Source: Chiloscyllium plagiosum
Lineage: Eukaryota
Length of the DNA stretch: 51,679 bases
NCBI RefSeq assembly: GCF_004010195.1
Contig: NC_057757.1
Location: forward strand, 5,286,103 to 5,337,781
Direction: 5' to 3'
The position numbers were made by a program, and so were the translations under genes. The notes below the pieces were generated by a model that was given only the letters and a program-made list of their open reading frames with translations, made no database searches and was not told where the DNA came from. This document shows, one piece after another, positions 1-12,093 of the stretch. Each line of letters starts with the position of its first letter. Positions within the stretch are counted from its first letter, which is position 1.

Positions 1-122
1 TCTCCACGCTTCAGGCACTCTGCCTTTATTCCTGATGAAGGGCTTTTGCCCGAAACGTCGATTTTGCCTGTCCTCGGATGCTGCCTGAATTGCTGTGCTC
101 TTCCAGCACCACTGATCCAGAA
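1..122 (+). mobile_element. Penelope-like element 3' end (pLTR) with hammerhead core at 32-59
   Basis: CTGATGA-A-GGGC-TTTT-GCCC-GAAAC-GTC. The same terminus is attached to Penelope coding sequence at 22015-22845. Confidence 0.8.
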
Positions 123-932
123 AATGATACTGAATACTTTGGTTGCTGAAGAATTCTGACTTTAACATTACAGAAGGGGTGACTAATAACTGCCAAGTGG
201 TGGTGTTTTAAGATTTTCTGACAGCATTGCCCTACTACCTCTATCCCCATCCCTGCCAATTCCAAGTGTTATTTCATTCTTCAGTTTATTTCAGTGACCC
301 TGCTTTATCCCTTTCCAATAAAGGGCTTGTTTTTTCCCATTGATGCCTGCAGTTGAACCCAGCAGCAACCTTCAAATATTGACACTGGAGAAAAGATAGG
401 GGAATAAATAAAAAATAATGAGCCTCACTCCTGCTTTCTGTCACGTAACCCTTCCTGTCACTTACTCATTCCCCAAGCCTGGGGCCACAGGATATTAGCC
501 TTGGGATACAACCAACAATTTATTGGATGGTGAGCAGCTTTCATGTATAGGATTAGCCTTCCTGAAAAAGGATTGCTGGAATGCTGGGTATAGGTTGGAA
601 AGCTCAAGCACACTTCCATCTTCAGTTTCAAACTTTATTAATTAATAAAACATGAATGATATTATCATGTGTACATCTCAACATGTACTCTATATATATA
701 TATAAAATGCCTCTTTTCAATCGTACCAGTCTCTTTTTATTTCTCCTCCTCCCCTTCTCAACTTAGAGCATGGCCCCTTCTGTAGCACCCTCCCCTCGGG
801 ATCAAATGTTTGTGAGTTCATGCAGTTTGTTTATTTAGCGAATGCAACTCTCCAAAACCAATCAATTTCCTGTTCATGTGCTACATTATCTGTGTCTCTC
901 CACATGACCATGTGAGGCTTGTACCGAGGCTA

Positions 933-1670
933 GTTTCATCACCATACTAGGTAACATCATCAGTGAGCCTCCGGTGAAGTGCTGGTGTTACACCCCACTT
1001 TCTATTTATCTGTTTAGGTTCCCTTGGGTTGGTGATGTCATTTCCTGTTCTTTTCCTTAGAGGGTGGTAGATGGGGTCCAAATCAACTTTTTTTCTGATA
1101 GAATTCCAGTTGGAGTGCCATCCTTCTAGGAATTCTCATGCATGTCTCTGTTTGGCTTGTTCTAGGATGGATGTGTTGTCCCAGTCAAAGTGGTGTCCTT
1201 CCTCATCTGTATGTAAAGATACTAGTGAGAGAGAGTCATACTGTTTTGTGGCTAGTTGATGTTCATGTATCCTGGCGGTTATTTTTCTGCCTGTTTGTCC
1301 AATGTAGTGTTTGTTACAGTTCTTGCACAGTATTTTGAAGATGACATCAGTTTTGCTTGTTGTTTATATAGGGTCTTTTAAGTTCATTAGTTGCTGTTTT
1401 CGTGTGTTCGTGGGTTTGCAAGCTACCATGTTGCCAAACAGTCTGAGTAGTCTGGCAGCCATTTCCAAGATGTCGTTGATGTAGGGGAGAGTGGCTCGGG
1501 TTTCTGGACGCATTGTGTTTGTTTGAGTTTGTTGTTGAGAAATCGGCGGATTGTGTTCATTGAGTACCTGTTCTTTTTGAATAGGCTGCATAGGTGGTTT
1601 TCCTCTGCACTTCGTAGTTCCTCTGTGCTGCAGTGTGTGGAGGCTCGTTGAAATAGAGTTTGGCTACCCA
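933..1670 (-). mobile_element. Penelope-like retroelement fragment (RT C-terminus/linker, decayed GIY-YIG, pLTR with hammerhead core at 963-933)
   Basis: Minus-strand peptides TLFQRASTHCSTEELRSAEENHL...KNRY and ATLPYINDILEM are typical of the PLE ORF; the element ends in CTGATGA-stem-GAAAC. Confidence 0.8.
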
Positions 1671-3337
1671 AAAGCCCCTGATGTATCTTATTTAGTAAGA
1701 GTCTAGTATTAAGGGGTTTGAGTTTCAGGTTTCCAGTGTGGTACCACATTGTAAAAGGTATTGATCTATTTTGGTTGAGAAGTTAAACAGAATACTAGTT
1801 CCTGGCAGGATGGTAGAGAGCCCTTAAGCATATTCAGTGAGGATCGACACATTGTTCTGATCGCCGATCACCTTCCCTTCAAACAGAACCATTAAGGGAG
1901 GAATTGGACATACAAACAGTAAGACAACTGTCTCTGCCAACGATTACGATGTTTTGTGTGAAGTGCTTGGGCATGTCCAGTGTTATGGACGTGGTGCTAA
2001 TCATTGCAGATAAAGTAAACAAAAGGATGAAGAAAACCAGTTTAAAGTGAAGATTTTGGGCTTAAAGTTCAGGTTAAGAGGAGATCTGAATCTGATTGGT
2101 GATTTTTCAAACAGCAAAAATGAAAACAAATGAATGTGCATTAATAAAATACTGCAGTAAAACAAAGACAGAAAGTGCTGGAGAGTCTCAGCGGGTCTGG
2201 CAGCATCTGTGGAGAGAGAAGCAAATAATGCTTCACATCCAATTTGACTCTTCTTCAGAACTGAAAGGGATTGGAAGTTGTTTTATTATTTTGTTATATT
2301 ATAGATGGTGTAGCGGCCCTGTGCAAAAGACAGAGGGTTTGTTAATGGTGGTAAAAGAGAAAAAGGCCTTTCTGTCCTGGATCTGTTACAATGTTCTAAT
2401 GAAGCACAACAAAAGTTTGAGGAACAACTCCTTATTTTCCACTTCAGCATTTTACAGCCTCTAAGACTCAACATCAAAACTTGAATGTTCTCTATTTTAC
2501 TTAGATTCTATCTCCACCAACCCCCAGTTTTGACTGGTTTACTTTTCTCTCTTTAAAAAAAAGCCTTTCTCTCCCTTTCATACATTAATTTAACATGACC
2601 TCCCAACAGTGTGACCGTCTCCACAATAGGTTAGGTGCTCACTGGTAGGTTTCAACTTCACCCCAACAGAATGGGATTGAAACTCTATGATGTCAGCATC
2701 AATCTGATCTACACCAGTCATCCAGTCAACTGAGCAATCAACTATCCCATCCCTAATGTGGCTAGAGCAGCATACATTGTAACCCAGACCAGTTGGTAAT
2801 ACTGGTAGAGGCTGCAATTATTTTAGCTCCTACACATGGCTGACCAGTAATCTCTCCTCATCCTACTGCATACGATTTGCATGTGTTGCAAAGATTGATA
2901 CATGACCCGTTTGGCCAAGTTAGGAATGCATCTTCATTGCCTGTCCAGTCCTGGTGTCGATCCTGAACCCACAGCCACCACCTTAGAGGCAGGGATACTA
3001 CTACTTCCAAGACTCCCTTAAACAATAATCAGCAGGACATTCCATCATGGAGTTCAGGTCTAATCCTCTTGTAACTCTTGCATCTGAATATGTATACATT
3101 TAGTTGGGAATCACTGGGAAATTTTCTGGCCTTTTTTTTACTGACTAGGCTTTTGACACCAATTGTAGCATTCTTGTTTGTTTCCTTCAGTAAATGCTGA
3201 AGTAAAGCATTGTTGTGATCCCATTGTACTGAGCTATCTAGTATTGGAGAACAGAACTGGAAGCCAATATTGATACCTTGTGTTCCTGACTCACAATGTT
3301 GTGCAATAAAGGGTGGGGGTGGCGGGGGAGTGATAGT

Positions 3338-3510
3338 CATAGAGCCATAGACTGGTACTGCATGGAAATAGACCCTTCAGTCCAATTCATCCATACCAAC
3401 CAGATTTCCTAAATTAATCTAGTCCCATTTGCCAGCATTTGGCCCATAACCCTCTAAATCCTTTCTATTCATGTACCCATCCTGATGCCTTTTAAATGTT
3501 GTTATTGTAT
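3338..3510 (-). mobile_element. CR1 3' end
   Basis: Reverse complement of the tail at 4840-5010. Confidence 0.85.
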
Positions 3511-3511
3511 C

Positions 3512-3858
3512 GAGTCATACAGTTGGTAGAATCTCTGCAGTATGGAAGCAGACCATTTGGTCCTTTCAGTCCACATTGACCCTCATGAATGACATGCCAT
3601 TCAGACCTACCCTGCTACCTTATTCCCTGTAACCCTACTTTCCCATGGCTAACCCACCTAGTCTGCACATCCCTGCACACTATGACAATTTGGCGTGGCC
3701 AGTCCACCTGCACATCTTTGGAATGTGGGAGGAAACCAGAGCACATGGAGGAAACCCATGCTGACATGGGGAGAATGTGCAAACTCCACACATACAGTGG
3801 CCTGAGGGTGGAATCCAAACTGGGTCCCTAGCACTGTGAGGCAGCAGTGCTAACCATT
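3512..3858 (-). mobile_element. HE1-type tRNA-derived SINE
   Basis: Reverse complement of TGGTTAGCACTGCTGCCTCACAG head, TGTGGAGTTTGCACATTCTCCC body, CR1-like tail. Confidence 0.9.
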
Positions 3859-4359
3859 TAGGATAAGTTCCTTCTCGCATCCATGCTTCACAAACTCTGC
3901 ATCCCTGCCAAATTCAGCACATCTCTAAGAAACATCCCATATATTATGTTTAGAATTAACTCCACTGCAAGGCCTTTGTTGTTATGTGATGTGTCTTTGT
4001 TCTTTGTACATGACCAAGTCCCACAGTAACAATTTGAGATCATGGCAGAAGGTGATGCTACAGGGCCTGGGACAGGAAAATACATCAGAATCCAATAACC
4101 ATGGTTCTGGATCTACAGCGTTTGCAGTGTTCAGGTCATGGACCTGGTGCCATCGTGGTAATGATACTGCATTAGTAAGCCAGAGGCCTAGCCAGTGCTC
4201 AAATTCTGCCATAATAGCTGGTGGGATTTAAATCCAATTAATACGTCTGGAATTGAAAGCTTGTTGCAGTGGGAACTATGAATGAGATTCTTGTAAATAT
4301 CCACCTGGATATTTATAAGAAGTTGCAAAGTTGAAAGCCTAAAAATTTGGCTATGAAGA

Positions 4360-5015
4360 TTCATTCATTGCTTTCTTTTGTTGGTCAGAGTATTGAGTAC
4401 AGGAGTTGGGACGTCATGTTACGGCTGTACAGAACATTGGTTAGGCCACTGTTGGAATATTGCGTGAAATTCTGGTCTCCCTCCTATCGGAAGGATGTTG
4501 TAAAACTTGAAAGGGTTCAGAAAAGATTTACAAGGATGTTGCCAGGGTTGGAGGGTTTGAGCTATAGGGAGAGGCTGAATAGGTTGGGGCTATATTCCCT
4601 GGAGCGTCGGAGGCTGAGGGGTAACCTCATAGAGGTTTATAAAATCATGAGGCACATGGATAGGATAAATAGACAAAGTCTTTTCCCTGGGGTGGGGGAG
4701 TCCAGAACTAGAGGGCATAGGTTTAGGGTGAGAGGGGAAAGATTTAAAAGGGACCACGCAGAGGGTGGTGCCTGTATGAAATAAGCTGGTAGTGGAGGAG
4801 CAAACGAAATGAGAGGAGGTAGTGGAAGCTCGTACAATTACAGCGTTTAAAAGGGACCAGGATAGCTACATGAATAAGAAGGATTTCGAGGGATATGGGC
4901 CAAGTGTTGGCAAATGTGACTAGATTAGGTTGGGATATCTGGTCAGCATGGACAAGTTGGACCGAAGTGTCTGTTTCCGTGCTGTATATCTCTGACTCTG
5001 ATTCTGACTCTGATT
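4360..5015 (+). mobile_element. CR1 LINE 3' fragment
   Basis: LYRTLVRPLLEYCVKFWSP...LERVQKRFTRM; (CTCTGA)n tail. Confidence 0.93.
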
Positions 5016-6007
5016 GTAGGTCAGATCTGTCTTTGGACAGGGACCTGAAGAAAAAGAACGATTCTTTAGCAGCACCTTGAAATAATGGCGAAGTGGAGTA
5101 AGTGCTTTTAGAACTGTCAGCTCATCATGAAAAATAACTTTCAGAAAGGGGGGAAACATAAAAGATTTTGTTTTAGGGAAGCAAGAGGGTTTGTCTCTTA
5201 TACTGGCTTAACCCGCTTATGCTATGCGCTAACAGTCTAGTTGAGTGAAAAAATACACCACCCCAAAATCTAACTGGTGAAAATGTAATCTCTGTTGTTG
5301 ATTGCACATCTGAATGGCAAAATTGTGGAACTGATGCAAGAAGTGAGATGTACAAAACCACAAAATGAGGTTTACACAGACAATCTAACATGTTTGTTAC
5401 ACAGGTTTGCAACTAATCTCCTCAGTTGAAGGGTCAATGATAAAGGGACATACTTTTAAATGAAACACAGGAGGTTTACAGGAGATTTGAGGAAACATTT
5501 TTTCACCCAGAGGATGATGGGAATCTGGAATACATTGCCTGAGAGGGTGTTTGAGGTGGGAAACCTCACAGCCTTTAAAAATAATGTGGATGAGTAGTTG
5601 AAATGACATAATATTCAAGGTTATGGGCCAAGAGCTGGATAGTGCGTTTAATGTAGCTTTTGAGTATCTTTGAAGGTGGAGACTCATTGAATAATAGAAT
5701 CATACAGTACCTTTAACCCAAAGGTCACATCTGTACATGTCAGGGTTACTTAAAAAAAATCCTGTTTATCAGTGACCACTGCTCTTTTATGTTTTGAGTA
5801 TTTGTATTGCAGTGTTTATCCTCAAGAACAGAGAAAGAAGTTCATAGCCCCTCTGTTTCAATATAAAGTTTGCACCCATTTTTTAGTCCAGGATGGTCAG
5901 CTCCTTTTCTGATGGTTCAATTAGGCCCTAGCACCCATTAAGAACCAACTTTGTTATCATTGACAGTTTATTTTGAGCTAATCGATCTCAGACAAGATAA
6001 TAGTTGA

Positions 6008-6350
6008 GGGTGGCACAGCGGCTCAGTGGTTAGCTTGCTGCCTCATAGTGCCAGGGACGTGGGTTTGCACAGGGCCTCGGGCAACTGTCTGTGTGGAGCT
6101 TGCACATTCTTTCCATGTCTGTGTGGGTTTTCTCCGGGTGCTCTGGTTTCCTCCCATGATCCAAAGCTGTGCAGGCCAGCTGAATTGGCCATGCTAAATT
6201 GCCCATCATGTTCAAGGATGTGTAGATCAGGTGCTTTATTCAGGGGTTAATATAGGGTAAGAGAATGGGTCTGCGTGGGTTACTCTTCGGAGGGTCTGTG
6301 TGGACTTGTTGAGCTGAAGGGCCTGATTCCAAACTGTAGGGATTCTATGG
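6008..6350 (+). mobile_element. HE1-type SINE
   Basis: A-box GGCTCAGTGG head, conserved body and tail. Confidence 0.9.
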
Positions 6351-6545
6351 ATCATATGAATAGTTGGAAAGATAGAACTGGCAACTAATTTAAAGGATCA
6401 GCTTAGTGGACCCTCATTGGACAGTTTGCAATCAGTGAACCTCTTCTGTATGTCAGTACAGTGATGAGAAATGTAGAGTTAATGATTGGAATAGATAGAG
6501 AACAAATGTGTTTGCTCATGGTGTAAATTATTCAGAAGTTAGTAC

Positions 6546-7197
6546 AGTTATGGACCTCAAAATATATAGAGAAGATAGTCTAGACTCTTAACTTTTTCTT
6601 ATTTTAAAGGTAAATGTAAGGTGTTGTGTTCCAGATGCAATTCGATTGGTCAGACCTCTTGATGTTAAGCATACCACATTTTATTTTTACCCCACATTTA
6701 AATTCAGACAAAAAAAGAATTGGTTTAACTGTAACTCTATCTCACTGCTTAACAAAATAATAGATATATTAACTACTACTAATTAACTGTTCCAATGTTC
6801 CAGTTTAGTAACATCCCATAAACACACCCTTGGCAAAAGGCAAAATTCAGTAAAATAGATTGTCTCACAGACAATTCTCTAGTCCAGGAGGAAAAACATC
6901 AAGAGAAAACTCAGAGAGAGAGTAGCAGGGAGAGATGTACTGCAGCTTCTAAACCCAGCTTCAAGACCCCAGCAACAACTGTATTTGAAAAACTAAAAAC
7001 CCTGTTTCTATAGGAGCTTGACCCCACTATTCAGGCTGCTTCTGTTGTTCCAGTCTTAGGAAACAAAAAATCATAATGCCTCACAAGCTGTTTATTTTAT
7101 GAGCTTTGAAGCACACCGATCATCACCTCTTATCTCAATCTTTCTTCATTTTAAAAAAAGGACTAAGTACACCTCTTAAAGCCATGGTATTGTCACA
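6546..7197. mobile_element. Probable solo LTR (Gypsy-like)
   Basis: 652-bp segment with ends AGTTA.../...TGTCACA and a 4-bp duplication GTAC at 6542-6545 and 7198-7201; non-coding. Confidence 0.6.
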
Positions 7198-8325
7198 GTA
7201 CTGAGATGTACAATGGCAATTTTCAGTTATAACTCCATTCAGATGCTTGACATGGCTCGAGAATGGGCACTGAGCAACAAAGGAAATAATTGAACAGAGT
7301 GAAAGGTTTTAAAGAACGTTATAGAGGAGGAAGGAGAGGTAGAAAGATTCAGGCAGGGAATTCCAGAGGTCTAAGCCAAAATGTCTGAAGACACAGCCAC
7401 TAACAGTGAGGATGAAGGAAGTAGGTGAATGCATATCTCAGGCAAGATTGGAATTTTTCCACAAGATTTGAGCGCCACTGATATTTGTTTGTTATTCCTA
7501 ACTGCCCTTGAATTGAGTGTTTTGCTTTCCCATATTAGAGGACTGTTTCCAGTTAGTCACATTGCTGTGGGTCTGGAGTCACATAAAGGCCAGGGGAGAG
7601 TCGTGGCTTTTTACAGCATCCCAGTAGCCTCAGTCACTGTGACTGATATTAGCTTTTTATTCCAGATTTATTTAATTCATTAAACATACATTGCCCAAGC
7701 TGTCAAGGTAAGGTTTGAATTCATGTCTCAGTATCATTAGTCCAAGCCACTGAATTATCATCCTTACAGGGCTCAACAGAGTAGATGCAGGAAGGATGTT
7801 TCCCATGGCTGAAGGGCCCAGAACAGGAGACACACTCAAAGATTAAGGGACAGGTCATTTCACACTAAGAAATGTCTTCACTCAGATAATGGCAAACTCA
7901 GAGAGCTGTGGAGGCTTAGTTATTGAATATGTGCAAGAGAGAGATCGTTAGATTGATAGATATTTAAAGGTGTCAAGGATTTTGGGAATAGTGCGCAAAA
8001 ATGGCTTTGAGGCAGATGATTTTGTTGAAAGGTAGAGTGGGTCAGAGGGGCCAAACACCCCACTCCCAGTCTTAAGTCCATAATTCCCTATGTAACACAG
8101 GCACTTTAATATCACTGTTTAGGAATATAGGAACACAGATGTAGGCCATTCAGCCCATCAAGCCTGCCCCACTATTAAATATGATCTTGGCTGATCAAAC
8201 ACTTTAAATGGCCTTTTCCTCCCGCTATCCACACAACACTATATGCCAATCTAAAGTAGAAATCTACCTATCTCTCATAGGTCACATGAGCAGTCACCTC
8301 ATTCTTTGAAACTCTTGTGAATTCA

Positions 8326-10240
8326 AGAACATTAGAACATAGAACATTACATTACAGTGCAGTACAGGCCCTTTGGCCCTCGATGTTGCACCGCCCTAAT
8401 CTGAAGCCCATCCCACCTACACTATTCCATGTACGTCCATATGCCTGTCCAATGACGACTTAAATGCACTTAAACTTGGCGAATCTACTACCGTTGCAGG
8501 CAAAGCATTCCATACCCTTACTACTCTCTGAGTAAAGAAACTACCTCTGACATCTGTCTTATACCTATCTCCCCTCACTTTAAAGTTGTGTCCCCTCGTG
8601 TTTGCCATCCCCATACTTGGAAAAAAGGCTCTCCCTATCCACCCTATCTAACCCTCTGATTATCTTGTATGTCTCTATTAAGTCACCTCTCAACTTTCTT
8701 CTCTCTAAAGAGAACAGCCTCAAGGCCCTCAGCTTTTCTTCGTAAAACATTCCTTCCATACCAGGCAACATCCTAGTAAATCTCCTCTGCACCCTTTCCA
8801 AAGTTTCCACATCCTTCTTATAATACGGTGACCAGAACTGTACACAATACTCCAAGTGCGGCCGTACCAGAGCTTTGTACAACTGCAGCATAACCTCCTG
8901 GTTCTGGAACTCAATTCCTCTATTAATAAAGGCCAAAACACTGTATGCCTTCTTAACAACTCTGTCAATCTGGGTGGCAACTTTCAGGGATCTGTGTACA
9001 GGGACACCGAGATCTCTCTGTTCATCTGCATTCCCAAGAAACTTACCATTAGCCCAGTACTTTACATTACTCCGTCCAAAGTGTATCACCTCACACTTGT
9101 CCACATTAAACTTCATTTGCCACCTCTCAGCCCAGCCCTGCATACTATCTATATCTCTCTGCAACCTACTACATCCTTCGTCACTATCCACAACTCCACC
9201 GACCTTAGTGTCGTCCGCAAATTTACTAACCCACCCTTCTAAGCCCTCATCCAGGTCATTTATAAAAATGACGAATAGCAGTGGACCCAACTCCGACCCT
9301 TGCGGTACGCCGCTAGTAACTGGACACCAAGATGAACATGTTCCATCAACTACAACCCTCTGTTTTCTTTCAGCAAGCCAATTACTGATCCAAACTGCTA
9401 TGTCTCCCACAATCCCATTCCTCCGCATTTTGTATAATAGCCTACTGTGGGGAACCTTATCGAACGCCTTGCTGAAATCCATATACACCACATCAACCTG
9501 TTTACTCTCATCTACCTGTTTGGTCACTTTGTCAAAAAACTCAATAAGACTCGTTAGGCACGACCTACCCTTCACAAAACCGTGCTGACTGTCCCTGATC
9601 AGATTATTCTTTTCTAGCTGGTTATAAATCCTAACTCTTATAATCTTTTCCAACACTTTACCAACAACTGAAGTGAGACTCACTGGTCTGTAATTACCAG
9701 GGTTGTCTCTGTTACCCTTTTTGAACAAGGGAACCACATTTGCTATCCTCCAGTCCTCAGGCACTATTCTTGTAGACAACGATGATTTGAAGATCAATGC
9801 CAAAGGCTCGGCAATCTCTTCCCTTGCATCCCTGAAGATCCTAGGATAGATCCCATCCGGCCCAGGGGACTTATCTATTTTCACACTCTGCAGTATTTCT
9901 AATACCTCTTCCTTGTGAACCTCAATCTCTTCTAGTCTAGATGCAAGTATCTCTGTATCTTCCTCACCAACATTTTCATTTTCTATAGTGAACACTGTCG
10001 AAAAATAGTTATTTAGTGCTTCCCCTATCTCCTCTGACTCCACACACAACTTCCCACTATTATCCTTGATTGGCCCTAACTTAACTCTCGTCATTCTTTT
10101 ATTCCTGACATACCTATGAAAAACCTTAGGGTTAACCCAGATCCTATCTGCCAACAACTTCTCATGTCTCCTCCTGGCTCTTCTGAGCTCTTCTTTTAGG
10201 TCTTTCCTGACTTCCTCGTAACCCTCAACCGCCCTAACTC
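8326..10240 (-). mobile_element. Young 5'-truncated CR1 (HER1-type) LINE with a near-intact RT domain, antisense in the last EPO intron
   Basis: 525-aa ORF with KSPGPDG, NYRPVSLTS, QHGF, DFSKAFD, PQGS, FADD. One frameshift in an A-run near 8620 separates the C-terminus (ORF 8417-8614); (AGAACAT)n tail. Confidence 0.97.
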
Positions 10241-10764
10241 TGGCCGAGTTTGCTCAATTACTCTTTGTAGGGCACTCCCCATCGATTTGGGAACAAGTCT
10301 GGTGAATCTTCATCACATTTCCTCTGTAGCAAAAATATCTTTCCTGAGACAAGGAGACCAAAACTGCTCACAGCACTACAAGGTGCAGTCTGACCAATTC
10401 AATGGAAGTAAGACTTTATTACTCCTGTACTCAAATCCTCCTTCAATAAAGGCTGACATTTCATTAGCCCTCCTAAGTTTTGAAAGGCAGGTTCTTACTG
10501 TGGGTCTGTGTGTACAGGAGCTAGATTAAGACTACTCAAAGTGTAATTGCTGCGGACATTTAGCTGAAATTCAGGGGAGAGATAGGTTTATCCCACTGAT
10601 AGAGTGATAGCCCCGAGTGGTCTTTTCCCTAGGTCTCAGTATGGGTCAGGTTTGAATCTAGTTCATTGAGATAAGAGGTTCCCCAGTGCATACCTACAGT
10701 GCTTTCTTTTCCTGCTGGTTGGTTTTGTTACATCTCAAACAAGTCGTCTTTTGCTTTTGTGCAG

Positions 10765-10911
10765 GATATCCTAAATCGGGAACGGGAGCTGCAGACCACT
10801 TTTAACACGAGAACACTGAGAACCATTTTTCACGCATATTTAAATTTCCTACAAGGTAAAGTCAGACTGTTTTTCCTGGACACAGAAGCTTGCAATCTGG
10901 CGACAAGCTGA
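10765..10911 (+). CDS. EPO: Erythropoietin-like gene, terminal coding exon (helix D): DILNRERELQTTFNTRTLRTIFHAYLNFLQGKVRLFFLDTEACNLATS*
   Basis: Acceptor tcttttgcttttgtgcag|GAT, phase 0 like the last EPO intron. The peptide aligns with the human EPO C-terminus TFRKLFRVYSNFLRGKLKLYTGEAC (F..Y.NFL.GK...EAC). The stop follows the last Cys closely (EPO-like, no THPO tail). A POP7 remnant lies nearby. Upstream exons were not found in 1-10764. Confidence 0.88.
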   Translation, partial: DILNRERELQTTFNTRTLRTIFHAYLNFLQGKVRLFFLDTEACNLATS

Positions 10912-11560
10912 CAGCCCCAGCTGAACACCAGCAGACTCTCAAAGAGCTTCCGAAACAGATTATAAGCTGTAACCTTTGCATTCTAAGCACAACACTGTAT
11001 AGCACCAAAAAGGAGCGTAGAGGGAAGGAACAAAGATAATAGGGAAAAGAAGAAGATGGTCTGGTTCATTTGGAATATAATGTTCGGAAGAGGAGCTGAA
11101 TATCCAATGGTATACTGCCTGGATAACTCAGCCATGGAGACTGTGGTAATCGGGATAGAAGCACTCACAAATTTTTGAACTCGAGAGAGAGAGAAAGAGA
11201 AAATACGACACCTAAGGAGCCATTTTGAGTATGACAGATCTACAGCAGAAAGTGTCTTTTTATTGATGGTGTCGCTCGCTGTTGACGGCATTGTTTTATA
11301 GAGTTCTGTGCAGACTGGACACGCAGGTTTCATGTCTTTTGTACCTTTTAAGCTCTATTACGCCTCAGATCTTTGTTATTGCTTAACCTGTGGACTTAAG
11401 TTCACTGGTAACCTGTAAAAATGATGAGAATTTAATTGAATGTTTCATTGAATTGTGTGTGTGAAGGAGGAGACAGAAAGGGTTAATACTATTGCTGAGT
11501 CATTGTAGATCAGCTCGATGTTTATTAAAATATTATATCTATTTAAACATATTTATTTGT
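10912..11560 (+). other. Probable EPO 3' UTR with ATTAAA (11524-11529) and ATTTA elements (11541, 11551)
   Basis: Repeat-free unique sequence after the stop; the motifs are seen directly, but the true 3' end is unknown. Confidence 0.45.
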
Positions 11561-12093
11561 CATGTACAGCCTGTCAGCCTGAGTTCAAACAGTATAACTT
11601 CCATTGTGAGCATGCATTTTGTCCCCCATCCTTCTGCGCCTATCATTAGTGTTCTGGTTCCCACAATCAAATTCTTTCAAAATCTGAAACTTGATTGTGG
11701 TGTTCAGCTACTCCTTTAAGATCATTGCCCCAGCTTTTGTTGTATGGACAAAATCGGCATATCCAGTTGAGGATAATGGGTAGTTCAAACAGGAAAGGTT
11801 GAAAGAACATAGCAGGTCAGGCAGCATCAAAGCTTTATCTGTTTTCAGTTCATATTTCCACCATTTGCGATACTGTTAATTTTTCACTGAGGCTAATAGC
11901 TGTTTTCTCAGCGGCACCTGGGTCACTTGACTCTGAGAGTTGTGATTTCATAGCCCCACTCCAATGCTGGAGCACCTCAGCCAGGCTGGCATTCAGTGCC
12001 ATCTATTGTTTGACTGCCAACGCTGAGGTTTTGATTGCTTTGACAGGTGGACACAAAAAAAAATTCCTAATTACTCTTGAAGTGCGTGGTTTT

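Noticed and set aside
491..811. Small AG...GT-bounded segments (491-529, 767-811) as upstream EPO exons
   Set aside because: The translations (DISLGIQPTIYWM, SMAPSVAPSPRDQMF) show no EPO helix B/C similarity and are too short.
6008..6080. tRNA-like sequences at SINE heads
   Set aside because: They continue into the SINE body and cannot form a full cloverleaf, so they are not tRNA genes.
8856..9588. 128-aa and 237-aa plus-strand ORFs
   Set aside because: Antisense shadows of the CR1 RT frame.
10765..10911. Thrombopoietin (THPO) as the identity of the cytokine exon (GKVR is THPO-like)
   Set aside because: NFL rather than HLL, the EAC ending, the teleost-EPO-like GK-to-Cys spacing, the immediate stop and the adjacent POP7 remnant all favour EPO.
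10983..11333. 116-aa minus-strand ORF starting MKPACPVC
   Set aside because: It overlaps the presumed EPO 3' UTR; a lone CxxC and a low-complexity Phe/Leu tail come from the purine-rich plus strand.
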